This document shows, in pieces, positions 39,281 through 49,700 of a stretch of DNA of 64,000 bases. Source of the DNA: a virus (lineage: Duplodnaviria; Caudoviricetes); IMG/VR virus record IMGVR_UViG_3300010429_000387, positions 192,001-256,000 of that record; one strand, given 5' to 3'. Position 1 is the stretch's first letter. The number at the start of each line of letters is the position of its first letter. The notes beneath the pieces are model-generated. The model saw only the letters and a program-made list of their open reading frames with translations, made no database searches and was not told the DNA's origin. Made by a program: the position numbers and the translations under genes.

Positions 39281-41137
39281 ATGTCCTACGGTAGCAAGCC
39301 ATTCGGAATGACGCCCTACGGGGGCGGAATTGCGCTCTTCCAACTGGTCGATGCCACAGCGATCAACCCGTACACCCTCGCCCTGACCTTCTCGGAGGAG
39401 CCCAACCTTGACTCTCCGGATACCAAGGACCCCTCCAACTACTACATCGAGCGGGTCCTTGGTGAGTCCACGGTCCTTCCAGTCAAGAAGATCGTACCAG
39501 ACCCGAATCCACTGTCCCTACGCCTCATCACGAGCGAGCAGTTCTACACACTATATCGTGTCCGGGTCAACGAGGTTGTTGAGAGCATCTTTGGATCTAC
39601 ACTCAACCCCCTTGTAAGCTCCAAGGAGTTCACTGGTTTCCCTCAGGTTGGGCGCCTTCGGGCTCAAGCAGTCCGGCCGGACGGGGTTCTCATCGTCTTC
39701 AACCAGGAGATGATCGGAGACGAGAACTTCCTCTCGCCTCTGAGCTATGCTGTTTTGGACCCGGACGGGGTTCCAGTGGAGGTCACGGAGGTTCAGCCGA
39801 ACCTCATGGTGAACCCAACTCGGGTTACCCTTCAGCTTGCATCCCCCTTGGTCGCTGGGATTGCTTACTCCCTCACTGTCTCGGACAAGGTGCTTACGAC
39901 CTTCGAGATGACAGTGGTCCCGGCCACCTCGAAGATTACCTGGTACAATCCTCAGCGTACTGCCAGGATTTCACTAGCCAAGTTCACGGGGGAAGTTCAG
40001 GCTCAACCCCCGGACCCCAACCGAACCGCCTCGGAAGTCTTCCGTCTTGAGGAGTCCCTTGCGGTAGAGCTGGTTCCGTACCGGATTGAACCAACGGTCA
40101 TATTCGATGCGTTCCAAGAGATTCTGAGCTTCACAGAGTCCCTTGTTGTAACCAGCGGAACACGATTTACCGAGTCTCTTCAGGCCGTCACGGTGTCTGA
40201 GAGCTTCGGCCTTGATGAGTTCGCCAACTTCACCAAGAGGGTTGACACCAGATCCTCGGTGGAGTTGAGCCTGTCTGATCGAGTGTACCTGTCCGAGGCC
40301 CTTGAGATCCTACCAAGGCTTGAGAGCCAGACTGAAGCTGTGGACGCAGGTTTGGGGGACCTGTTCGGAAACCCACAGGGACTTGTATTTTTCAGCCCGT
40401 CCCTCATTCCAGGTGGATCCCCGAACTCGATCCTTCAGGTAGACAGGGTCAAGACCTGTACCGAGGCACACGACACCTACAGGTTCCCACAGCCAGCCGA
40501 CCCAAAGCCCCTCTATACGCATGGGGGTGGTATTGTTGCCACCCCCTCTCCGTCCTCAACCCTGAACAACGCCTCTCTCTTCGTCGAGTTCTATCGTCTA
40601 GGAGAGGCAAAGTTCAACCTTACCAATCGTCCTCAAGAAACTGTCCCCTTGTTTGGGGACATCATTGCTGGGTTGACGCTCCGTGAGGAGGACCCGACAA
40701 GGACGGCGAAGCTGAACAGCCCTGGTTGGCTCATGTTCAAGAGCCCGATGCCACCGGTCGGGGACTTTATCCCTTTGGATGACCACACTTCCAGAGGTTG
40801 GCCTCAGTTTGATGCCTCAGCGGCGACGCCCTATCCGTTCATCACCGTGAACAACCTGTCTCCGTTGCCCGATCCCGTGGTAGAGCCAACTCAACACTTC
40901 GTCAGCCCGATGGAGGTCCTCGGATTGGTCGAAGAGGTCCACCCGGATCGGAGCGTCCTGGTAGGTGTGGATGAGACGGTGACCCGACAAGACGACTTCG
41001 ACCTTGTACCTGGGTCAACGGTGGTTCAGGTCAACTTGGTCGAGTCGATGACCCATTCGGAAGCACTGACTTCAAGCATTGGCATACGGCTCTTTGAGTC
41101 GATCACCTTGTCCGAGGGCTTGTCCCTGACTTCGTAA
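39281..41137 (+). CDS. Ig-like domain virion protein with Glu-spaced repeats
   Basis: N-terminus MSYGSKPFGMTPYGG like the previous gene. Two Ig-like units (LALTFSE...DPSNYYI; VLIVFNQEM...PLSYAV) and ExLxxxExL repeats. Confidence 0.55.
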   Translation: MSYGSKPFGMTPYGGGIALFQLVDATAINPYTLALTFSEEPNLDSPDTKDPSNYYIERVLGESTVLPVKKIVPDPNPLSLRLITSEQFYTLYRVRVNEVVESIFGSTLNPLVSSKEFTGFPQVGRLRAQAVRPDGVLIVFNQEMIGDENFLSPLSYAVLDPDGVPVEVTEVQPNLMVNPTRVTLQLASPLVAGIAYSLTVSDKVLTTFEMTVVPATSKITWYNPQRTARISLAKFTGEVQAQPPDPNRTASEVFRLEESLAVELVPYRIEPTVIFDAFQEILSFTESLVVTSGTRFTESLQAVTVSESFGLDEFANFTKRVDTRSSVELSLSDRVYLSEALEILPRLESQTEAVDAGLGDLFGNPQGLVFFSPSLIPGGSPNSILQVDRVKTCTEAHDTYRFPQPADPKPLYTHGGGIVATPSPSSTLNNASLFVEFYRLGEAKFNLTNRPQETVPLFGDIIAGLTLREEDPTRTAKLNSPGWLMFKSPMPPVGDFIPLDDHTSRGWPQFDASAATPYPFITVNNLSPLPDPVVEPTQHFVSPMEVLGLVEEVHPDRSVLVGVDETVTRQDDFDLVPGSTVVQVNLVESMTHSEALTSSIGIRLFESITLSEGLSLTS

Positions 41138-41148
41138 CGGACCTTGGT

Positions 41149-41160
41149 GGTTTTTCTTAT
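41149..41160 (+). promoter_or_regulatory. Candidate late promoter GG-N7-TAT (GGTTTTTCTTAT)
   Basis: In the largest intergenic gap, upstream of 41225. Confidence 0.45.
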
Positions 41161-41224
41161 AGCTCTGGCCGTTTGAAGCTCGGAGCCCTCTCTGAGGGTG
41201 GGCTAGACGAACAGACCGGAGCAG

Positions 41225-41872
41225 ATGAACATGCAGCTCAAAGAAGCGTTTGCACGAGTGGGGTCAGCAGTCTTCGGAGCCCTACGGCCCAAGTACGAAG
41301 AGCGGGTTGGCTGCATCGTCCGTGGAGACGTGTTCATGACGCTCCGGGATGGGCAGTCTGGAGAAATCCAGGCCAAGCGGGAGCACAGGAACCTCATCGT
41401 CAAGGATGCCAGCATCCTGGTTGCCCGCCTCATGAAGGACAACCAGGAGCCAGCCAAGAGCGTCTTCGTTCTGGCGATGGGTACAGGGGACTCTGGGTGG
41501 AACCCTCTATCCCCTCCGGCTCCTACGAACACTCAGCGGGCGCTCTACTCGGAGCTGACTCGGAAGACCTTTTCCCAGACCCAGTTCATTGACGCTGGAG
41601 GCATTCCTACGGCGATTCCAACCAACGTGGTGGACTACACGACGATCTTTACCGAGTCTGAGGCGGTTGGGCCACTGGTGGAGATGGGATTGCTTGGAGG
41701 GTACATCTCAACGAACCTTTCGGTTCGGAACCCGGTGACGCCCCCCAACGGACCCTATGATCCTCTGGTTGACCTCCGGGAGAGGGAGACCATGGTGAAC
41801 TACCTCACTTTCCCGGTGATCAACAAACCTGCCACTTCTACGCTGGAAATCGTCTGGCGCCTCACCTTCTGA
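41225..41872 (+). CDS. Tail fibre attachment/baseplate adaptor-like protein
   Basis: RNLIVKDAS...LAMGTGD...ALYSELTRK...EAVGPLVEMGLLGG...FPVINKP...LEIVWRLTF; resembles myovirus baseplate/fibre-anchor proteins and 25172..25708. Confidence 0.6.
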   Translation: MNMQLKEAFARVGSAVFGALRPKYEERVGCIVRGDVFMTLRDGQSGEIQAKREHRNLIVKDASILVARLMKDNQEPAKSVFVLAMGTGDSGWNPLSPPAPTNTQRALYSELTRKTFSQTQFIDAGGIPTAIPTNVVDYTTIFTESEAVGPLVEMGLLGGYISTNLSVRNPVTPPNGPYDPLVDLRERETMVNYLTFPVINKPATSTLEIVWRLTF

Positions 41873-41888
41873 TTGAGGAGATCACGAG

Positions 41889-44540
41889 ATGCCTTCAGGT
41901 GGGAACGGACGAAACTTTGGACCGGCAGTCAGTGGCTACCTACTTCCAGATGGAAGGGCCTTTGAGACAACGGTCTTTCAAGCTGGTAAGCCAGTCTTGG
42001 ACAAGGAACTCAACCTTGCCCAAGACATAGACAGTGGGTACGCTCTTGACCTAGCAAGGTCGATTGCTCCTTCTGGGTGGCTCACCGACGTACACATCAA
42101 CTCCTCAGACCCTATGGGTGGGTCTGGGTCGATCTTCATCCCGAGCCCTATCGCAAACACGTTGCTCCTTGCGAACAACCTGAAGGCTCTGGTGAATGGC
42201 TGGCCCGTCTTGGTGGCTTACACCGGGAATGCCAGCTCCAATCAGTTGACGCTTCCCGTTGGCCCAACAGGGAACGGGGCCAAGCGAACGGACCTGGTCA
42301 TTCTGGAGGTCTGGCGTAGGCTCATTGGCCCCTCTACTGGGGATGGGAAGAGCCCTACCGGTCGTATTTGGAGGAACGGCAACGTCGGGGTGTCCTCTGT
42401 CGATGATGCCACCCTGAACTATCAGGACCAGATGCTCGACTCCGTAGTTGGGGCCGAGACCACCAAGAGGGTCCAGATTCAGTACCGTCTTCGGGTCATT
42501 GCTGGAGTGGACCTCTTTGGCTACCCCTACGGGATTGATGACCCTGTTGTGGTGGCACATTCGGTCCCAGCCTCCTCCTCTGCACCAGATGGAGTGGCCT
42601 CGACCTTCGTCTACTACAACCAGAGTGCCTATGGAGACCCTGGTCTATGGGTGGCTGGGGACGGTATTCCAAGCAATGCCCTTGGTACTGTGGATGGTTA
42701 CATGTATGCCATCCCACTGTGCGCAGTATTCAGGCGGAATACGACATCCTTCAAGAAGAACCTGAATCATAACGGGGGAGTGGTCTCTCCTGGACCGTCA
42801 GATCGTCCAGATGGCCTTCTCAGCGACATCTTTGTTGGCACTGACTTGGCGGATCTTCGCCAGGCAGTCTCCACCAGCGGGTGGGACTATCGAGAGGTCC
42901 TTGAGAAGAACTTTGGGATTCTACTTGACAATAAGTTGAAGACCGAGTGGGGGACAACTCCGAATGGCGGAGGGATCTCTGGGCACACCTACCTTTGGGC
43001 GGATGAGGTTGGGACCCTTCCTGGGGACGGGACCATCACAGGGGACACCCCTGGGGCTGAGTTCATCGGTCAGTTCGACTGTACCCGTAGGTTCTTCACC
43101 GACCGGCCCAACTATGAGGTCATGACGTTCAAGATCACTCCTGGTGATCCCAACGTCTCGACTCCGACTTGGCAGGTTGGGACCCAGGTGACGATCAGCC
43201 CCTCCCTGATCTCCCAGTACCCGTTCCCTGCAACCATCGGGTTCCTGACAAGGGCGCCTTCTGGGACACGGATCATCGACATCCTTCGGGCAAGGATTCA
43301 AGGACCACTGGGGACCCAGAAGGGTCTCGACATTGGGTTCTCCGCCTTGGGGAATACCTCAGTGGTCCCCTTCCCTGTCACCAACATCCAGGGGCTTTGC
43401 AGCTATCCTCCGGGGAACATCGTCATCACGCTGGGGATCCCGCCAGACTCAGCAACCACAGAGCCGATGTACATCGACCTCTTGATTGCCTACCCGCCAG
43501 GTCAGGGTTTGGCGAAGACACCAACGAACGACTACGATAGTGCCTCTTTCTCGATCAACAACCCCTCGGCGTTGTCGGCTTCTGCCCCGATATCTTACGC
43601 TGCCATCGACACCCAGGTTCTCGACTACACCCATCGTCAGGTTCAGCTCCAGTATCGGACAAGCCAACTGACGTTCACTACCACGGCTGAGTCCACCAAT
43701 CCGATGGACCAGCTCATCTTGCCGGAACGAGTGAAGACTCTGGTTGAGGTAAGGGTCAACAGTACCCCTGATCCGGGGGCACTCTTGGTGGGGGATGACC
43801 GTCGGAAGGTCCAGCTCAGCTCTGCTGCAACTCCGTTCGATGTGATTGAGGTAGACTACGAGGCCCTTCGCCCTATCCCCCAGTCTACGTCGATGGTTAC
43901 CCCTGGGGTGCAGTTCACGATCTACTATGAGACCAGGGCGCCCCAGACGATTCGAGGGACTATCCTTGGAACGGAGCTGGCCCTGATCCCGAGGTGGATT
44001 TCCCCTAACCTGTACTCCATCACGACTGGGTCTGGGTCTCAGGGGGAGGGCTACCCCTACCCCCAAGCCTACGTTCAGACCGGCGGCATCATCAAGAGCG
44101 TGGGTACCTTCGGTGGGGAGTACGAGCTTGACGGCTCGGAGAACATCTACGTAGCTGAGTTCAACGCTTCGACGGGCTTCCTGAAGGTACCGACCTACAT
44201 CCCTTACGTCCCTGACTCGGAGTCGGTGTCCTTCACCCGGAGCCTGAGCGATGCTGACATCGAGGACCGAACCTACTTCCCGACCTTCTCTGCTGGGTAC
44301 AAGCCCAATGCCTTCGGGCCACCACTCTCGGATGCTCGTGTCCACAAGGTCATCCTACCGACCTTGATGGAGACCGCCTCGGACACGACCCTGGGGAGGA
44401 AGGGGACGCTCCTTCTTGTGAACTTCGTTCGATGGGCGGAGTTTGATGCGGAGAACAGCATCAAGGTCCTCGACACCGACAACACGACCATTGCGAGTGT
44501 CTACCGGGTTTCCGGGAACCTCCTCAACCGGAGAAGCTGA
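41889..44540 (+). CDS. Tail fibre-base protein (DUF6519/DUF4815-like N-terminus)
   Basis: VFQAGKPVLDKELNLAQDI, RTDLVILEVWRR and ETTKRVQIQYRLRV resemble DUF6519/DUF4815-type N-termini. SD GAGGAG. Confidence 0.6.
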   Translation: MPSGGNGRNFGPAVSGYLLPDGRAFETTVFQAGKPVLDKELNLAQDIDSGYALDLARSIAPSGWLTDVHINSSDPMGGSGSIFIPSPIANTLLLANNLKALVNGWPVLVAYTGNASSNQLTLPVGPTGNGAKRTDLVILEVWRRLIGPSTGDGKSPTGRIWRNGNVGVSSVDDATLNYQDQMLDSVVGAETTKRVQIQYRLRVIAGVDLFGYPYGIDDPVVVAHSVPASSSAPDGVASTFVYYNQSAYGDPGLWVAGDGIPSNALGTVDGYMYAIPLCAVFRRNTTSFKKNLNHNGGVVSPGPSDRPDGLLSDIFVGTDLADLRQAVSTSGWDYREVLEKNFGILLDNKLKTEWGTTPNGGGISGHTYLWADEVGTLPGDGTITGDTPGAEFIGQFDCTRRFFTDRPNYEVMTFKITPGDPNVSTPTWQVGTQVTISPSLISQYPFPATIGFLTRAPSGTRIIDILRARIQGPLGTQKGLDIGFSALGNTSVVPFPVTNIQGLCSYPPGNIVITLGIPPDSATTEPMYIDLLIAYPPGQGLAKTPTNDYDSASFSINNPSALSASAPISYAAIDTQVLDYTHRQVQLQYRTSQLTFTTTAESTNPMDQLILPERVKTLVEVRVNSTPDPGALLVGDDRRKVQLSSAATPFDVIEVDYEALRPIPQSTSMVTPGVQFTIYYETRAPQTIRGTILGTELALIPRWISPNLYSITTGSGSQGEGYPYPQAYVQTGGIIKSVGTFGGEYELDGSENIYVAEFNASTGFLKVPTYIPYVPDSESVSFTRSLSDADIEDRTYFPTFSAGYKPNAFGPPLSDARVHKVILPTLMETASDTTLGRKGTLLLVNFVRWAEFDAENSIKVLDTDNTTIASVYRVSGNLLNRRS

Positions 44541-44543
44541 GAG

Positions 44544-46703
44544 ATGCCGTCCAACAAGTCACCCTCTTTCGTCAATCCTGGACCTGGAAAGCTCTCAGCC
44601 GGTCAGGTTCCAGCTTCGGCGCTATCCTTCCCGGTAGGGGGTGCTGGCGACCTTGAGGCCCACATCAACGACCCCGTGGATGCCCACATGTCTTGGGCGG
44701 TTGGCATCCCCGAGGTCAACCCGAATACGGGGCAGGCTCTCTTGGCTTCGGCTGGTGGACCCTATGACGGGGAGAGCGTCATGGACGCCCTCACGGCCCT
44801 GTCTGACCTCCTCCCAGTGAAGCCAGACAAGATCGGCTACGACTCGGGAGCCATCCCGAACTCCGGCCTCACCAACTGGACGCCAGCCTTGACGGTGGGT
44901 GGATCGGCCATCCGTGGAGGGTTCAAGTCTGGGACAGCCGCTATCGTGACGAAGTACCTGACCCCTGTCGGGAGCATCGGCACTCAGACTATTGGGGGAA
45001 TGGTCTTCCCGGCCGACCGAGGGGTCCTTGCTGTCTACCGAACGACCAACAGCGACTTCTTCAACCCGGCAGAGACCACCTTGATCTCGGCCCTTTGGTT
45101 GGGGTCAAGTGCTTCGGCTCCAGCGGGGGTCGCAAGTGCCAACTTCATTGAGGCCACCAGGTCCTCTGGGCAGACTAACTACACCCCCTCCGGGTCAGGG
45201 CTTGATGCCATCACCCTGATCGACAGGCTCCCCTACCAAAACAGCTACCCAGGCGGGCAGTACACAGCCTTCGGGTCCAACTTCTATGCCTACCAGCTTG
45301 GGAAGTATCGCTTCCCAGTGTCTATCACGGCTGGGAACTCTGGGAGCTACCTCCTGGTTCACTGGAAGGAGACCTACGCCACAACGCTTGCCTCCATCCA
45401 GCCTGCAAGCCTCACAGCGGGGAATCTGGTCACTTCCAAGTGTTACTCGGCAGTCCCCTCGGATGCAGCCGCCTACGACAATGTGATCAGGGCCAACGTG
45501 TTTACCGACACATTGAGTGGGTCTGGGCCTACTGGTGCCACCCTCACCACGTCCCCTGCTGGGACCACTACCACGATGAATCTCTCCGGGATCGCCTACT
45601 ACAACAGTACGGCATTCCAGGTGAACTTGCTGTCCACAGCAGCCAACGTCTTCAGCAACTCGTTCCTCACCAACACGTCCCCTTCAGTCTCGGTTCCCCT
45701 TGAGTATGTGTCGGCCCTCCCCGTGGTCCAGGCCATCATGTCCAACTTCAATGGGACTACCTGGACTTACCCATTGTTTGATGGGTCCAACGTCTCCGAC
45801 AACTCTGGGGGGACCCCGTTCTCCCTCTCCAACCCTCCGGACCCGGCCTCTGTTGCCCGACTCTCCAATGCAACTCAAGCAGCCCTCACGGTGGTCAGCC
45901 CGCTTCCGAAGCCGGTTTACCCCAACGCTCAGGTGACGGTTCGTTGGAGGGGTTCATTCAGTTCTGCTGTGGATGTGACCAGCACTGAGCGATACCTTGT
46001 CAACCCTGCCTACAACGAGGCCACCCTCACCACCGAGGTGAAAGAGTCCTTCGTCAGTGAGTCATATCGCTACATCAGCAGCTACAACGCTCCACTGGGG
46101 AGTGCTCCGATCCAGCCAGCGGGTGGAAACGTCTTTGACTCGGCTGGGGCCATAGCTTCAGGGGCTCTTCAAGTGTACTCTGGTCGTCTGGTCTACCCGA
46201 CCACCAACTTCTCGGCCTCCCAGTACAAGCCAACGCAAGCCGGAAGGGACTACTCTGCAATCTATGGGGCTGATGCGGCCAACACGAAGCGTCGGTACGT
46301 TCGTGCGTTCAATACGGGGATCTCAAGGAACAGTGGGAAGATCCTGCTCACCGGACTTTCAGCAGCCGCCTTCAATGCTGCCAACACTCCGGACCCCAAT
46401 GAAATCACGGACCACACGGGCGGGGCTGTAGTCCAGATCAAGATCCCTGGGGTTACCGGGTGGCTCGACCTTGGCCGGTCTGACGGAACTCCGGACAACG
46501 ACAAGACCCAGGACTTTCGTGGGTGTAAGGTTGGAGTGGTTGAGGCTGGGGGGGTCACAACGGTCACCTACAGCACAGGCGGGTCGATGACTGCTCCGAA
46601 CTCAGAGGGCAAGTACCTCTTGTTCGTTCGGGTTACACTCATCAAGAACGGCACAGGGGAGAGCCTGACTCTCCAGGGGATCGATTGGGCGGCACCTACG
46701 TGA
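44544..46703 (+). CDS. Tail fibre-like structural protein
   Basis: LEAHINDPVDAH His-pair motif typical of trimeric fibre N-termini; Ser/Thr/Gly-rich beta body. Confidence 0.5.
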   Translation: MPSNKSPSFVNPGPGKLSAGQVPASALSFPVGGAGDLEAHINDPVDAHMSWAVGIPEVNPNTGQALLASAGGPYDGESVMDALTALSDLLPVKPDKIGYDSGAIPNSGLTNWTPALTVGGSAIRGGFKSGTAAIVTKYLTPVGSIGTQTIGGMVFPADRGVLAVYRTTNSDFFNPAETTLISALWLGSSASAPAGVASANFIEATRSSGQTNYTPSGSGLDAITLIDRLPYQNSYPGGQYTAFGSNFYAYQLGKYRFPVSITAGNSGSYLLVHWKETYATTLASIQPASLTAGNLVTSKCYSAVPSDAAAYDNVIRANVFTDTLSGSGPTGATLTTSPAGTTTTMNLSGIAYYNSTAFQVNLLSTAANVFSNSFLTNTSPSVSVPLEYVSALPVVQAIMSNFNGTTWTYPLFDGSNVSDNSGGTPFSLSNPPDPASVARLSNATQAALTVVSPLPKPVYPNAQVTVRWRGSFSSAVDVTSTERYLVNPAYNEATLTTEVKESFVSESYRYISSYNAPLGSAPIQPAGGNVFDSAGAIASGALQVYSGRLVYPTTNFSASQYKPTQAGRDYSAIYGADAANTKRRYVRAFNTGISRNSGKILLTGLSAAAFNAANTPDPNEITDHTGGAVVQIKIPGVTGWLDLGRSDGTPDNDKTQDFRGCKVGVVEAGGVTTVTYSTGGSMTAPNSEGKYLLFVRVTLIKNGTGESLTLQGIDWAAPT

Positions 46704-46725
46704 TCGGCCTCTTCGCATTGTTCCC

Positions 46726-46737
46726 GGAACCTTTTAT
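46726..46737 (+). promoter_or_regulatory. Candidate late promoter GG-N7-TAT (GGAACCTTTTAT)
   Basis: Intergenic, upstream of the 2623-aa gene. Confidence 0.45.
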
Positions 46738-46770
46738 GGCTACGGCCTAACGCAAGGACGCAAGGACCGC

Positions 46771-49700
46771 ATGGCTACTTCCCACACCTCGACCGGGGCA
46801 ACTTACTCGAACCTGACTCGCCGTGAGCTGGAGCAGCTTCGCAAGGCTGACTTCTTTGCTGGCGGGAAGGCTCTGACCGTTGGTGACGAGTCGAACGCTG
46901 GTTCGATCAACGATGAGAGGTTCTACTCCGGGCCAGCAGTTTTCCTGGACGACGTGTGGGCTATCCGCCCACCCACGACTCCCGTACCGTTCCTCCTCTC
47001 TTCCACTCAGCCGAGCAGTTTCGTAGCCGAGTCGGTCAGGTGGTACGGCCCCAAGTTCATCACCAGCGGGTCTACTGGTATTGCCATCGGAACCTTGGAA
47101 CTCCAGGACTCCAGCATTGATACTGACTTCAGTCTGGTTCAGAGTGGGGACCTTCTTCTCATCAAGAGCCGTCTGGATGGGAGTGATGGGAACGCCAATG
47201 CCACTGGCGTTATTTCCTATGTGGGCAACACTCCGGGGTCCTGGCCGATCTATAGCTTGGTCCTGTCGAGCGTACAGGCCCCCAACAACTCTCCAACCAC
47301 AGCTCTTGAGGTAAGCGCTGAGCCCTACTCCTATGCAGTGGTTAGGCAGGGTGCTGTCCAGCTCTTTGCGGTTCCTGGTTCTGGTCCGTTGGGTCGGGAG
47401 CAGACTTTCCTTGCAGTCAGCCCTGATTCTCTGCTGCATACCATCTCCGCCCCCACCCTCGATCAGATCAACATCGACCGGGTCACGGACCTGGTCTCAC
47501 CCTCGTTCTCAGGGGGTGAGGCAATCGACAGGGCGGACGCAATCTACCAGCCCCCAGCGGGTCCTGGTAGCTCTCTGGACCTGGTGGGCTACCGTCCCAT
47601 CATCTACCGGAGCTTGCCGGATGGTTCGGGTCCAGACTGGAACGCCCCCCTCCCGAAGAACCCCCGTATCGACGGTACGATCCCTGATGCCGATCAGCGG
47701 ATGACTATCGACTACAAGGCGGGTGTCTTCCGGTTCTCGACTCCACCCCTTGCGGGCAACGATGTGAAGCCCACTGGGGGCAACGGAGGGGTGAACACCA
47801 CGACTGGCCGTCTCCAACTCTGGGCGGTCTACTGGGCAGCAGACAAGACCTTGACCAAAGGGTCCGCTTCTTCTGTCTATGTCAGTCGGAGCAACCAGAA
47901 CAAGTATCAGACACCGGCTAGGGTCCGACTTGAGCTTTCAAGTGATGCGAATGGCTTCAATCCTGGAGCCCTCCTCCTTGGAACGACTTCCCAGGGGAAC
48001 GACTTCTACGTCCGTGCCTTGGACGCTGAGGCATCTGGGTGGGGGTCCAGTCCTAATGAGGACATCACCCCCAAGGTAGACTTCGGGGCTAGTAACGCTG
48101 TTCTTTGGTCTAGTGGCGATCCTTTCAGGGGTTTCCGAATCCGACAAGACGGCAAGATCCGGATGATTCAGTATCCGGGCTATGACTACCCCTTTGAGAC
48201 CCGGATTGAGGAGAAGACCAAGATTACCGTTGGTGGGATGACTCACCCTAGCGGAGACTACAACAACTCCCACGACGGGTCTGCCGCCTCATCGGGTCTC
48301 CCAAACACCTATATCCCGCTCCAGAATGCCCTTCTTGAGGCTTTTCAGCAGGGGCAGTATTCCACCGTTCACCTTCGTCGGGGTGTCTACCGGAATACGG
48401 CTGACCACATCTTCATTCCACCGGGTGTCACCCTAGAGGGTGAGGGGTATGGGACCGTCCTCGACCTGAACTCATGTTCGTTGAAGATCGGTCCTAACAA
48501 CCGCTATGGGACCTACGATCCCACAACTGTAGATGTCAATGGGACTCCGTACATCCCGATTTCTGGGTACGAGTTCCCTGAGTCCTTCAAGGTTGAGGGC
48601 TACTGCATCGTCTGGAACAGTGCTCGAAGGGTCTGGGGCACTTTCGTTGCGGATGCCACCTCCAACTCAATCTGGTTCAACGAGATCCGGTTGGATGGCA
48701 CCAGAGTTCTTCCTGGGCTAGGGATCAACGTGAAGAACTCCGCTGGGAAGTTCTTCACGTTGACCTCTCCAAACTCGTCAAACCTGACCTCAGGGCACTA
48801 CCCGAGGGCGGCTCACCATCCGGTGTTGGATGAGTATGTCTTCACTTGGACTGAGGAGTTCTCCGGGTCTTCTGGGGTTGGCCCACGAAGCTACTACGAT
48901 GCCCTAACCTATCGTGCCCAGGACACCCATCAGCCTGTTGCCCAGAGGTACTCTATTCGGTACGGATCCCCAAGGGTGATCTCTCCGTATGGGTTCCAAC
49001 AGTACACGGTTCACCCTTCCATTGCTGTTGGGGATATTCAGAGTTACAACTCATACAGCATTGCTATTGGGTGCTGGGGCTACAATGACCTCGCCTTCAG
49101 CAACACGGCTGCACTTCAGATTATCTATGACTCAGTCTCCGGTCTGACTACGTATGGGACCAGTAGCTACAATGCTGGGACGATCACAAGCTCGACCGAT
49201 GTATCTCTTGTCAGGAGGCGGTCTGCTGGTGGGGTCCAGTGTGACTTCATTTGGTGCTGGTCTGAGAGGCTCCACGCTATCATTACCGGAACAACTGGGT
49301 ACTTCAGTGGTGGCGGGTACCTCAGTGACTCAGCATATCCCAATTGGAGCACGGCTGGGGTACGGGATGGGGACCGGTTCCTTCTCCTCCATCAAACCGC
49401 TGGGGCAGACAACTACAAGGGGCGAACTGGGATAGTTCGTTCAGTCAGTGGTTCCGCCCTGTACCCCCAGTTTGAGGGTGCTGAGGGAGACCAGGCGGAG
49501 GTGTTCAACTCAGGCTCCTCCTTGAGGTACGCCATCTTCCCTGTCAGTCGGGTCTATTGCCGAGCAGGTACGAGCGAGAATCAGATTTATGCCTCGGTGA
49601 AGGTTGCGGGTCCCGACTCCCCAGTACCCAGCAGCACCAGGTTCCACTTCCAAGAGCGTGAGCCGGACTTCGTTCGGATCTCTGGTTCGTCCAAGGACCG

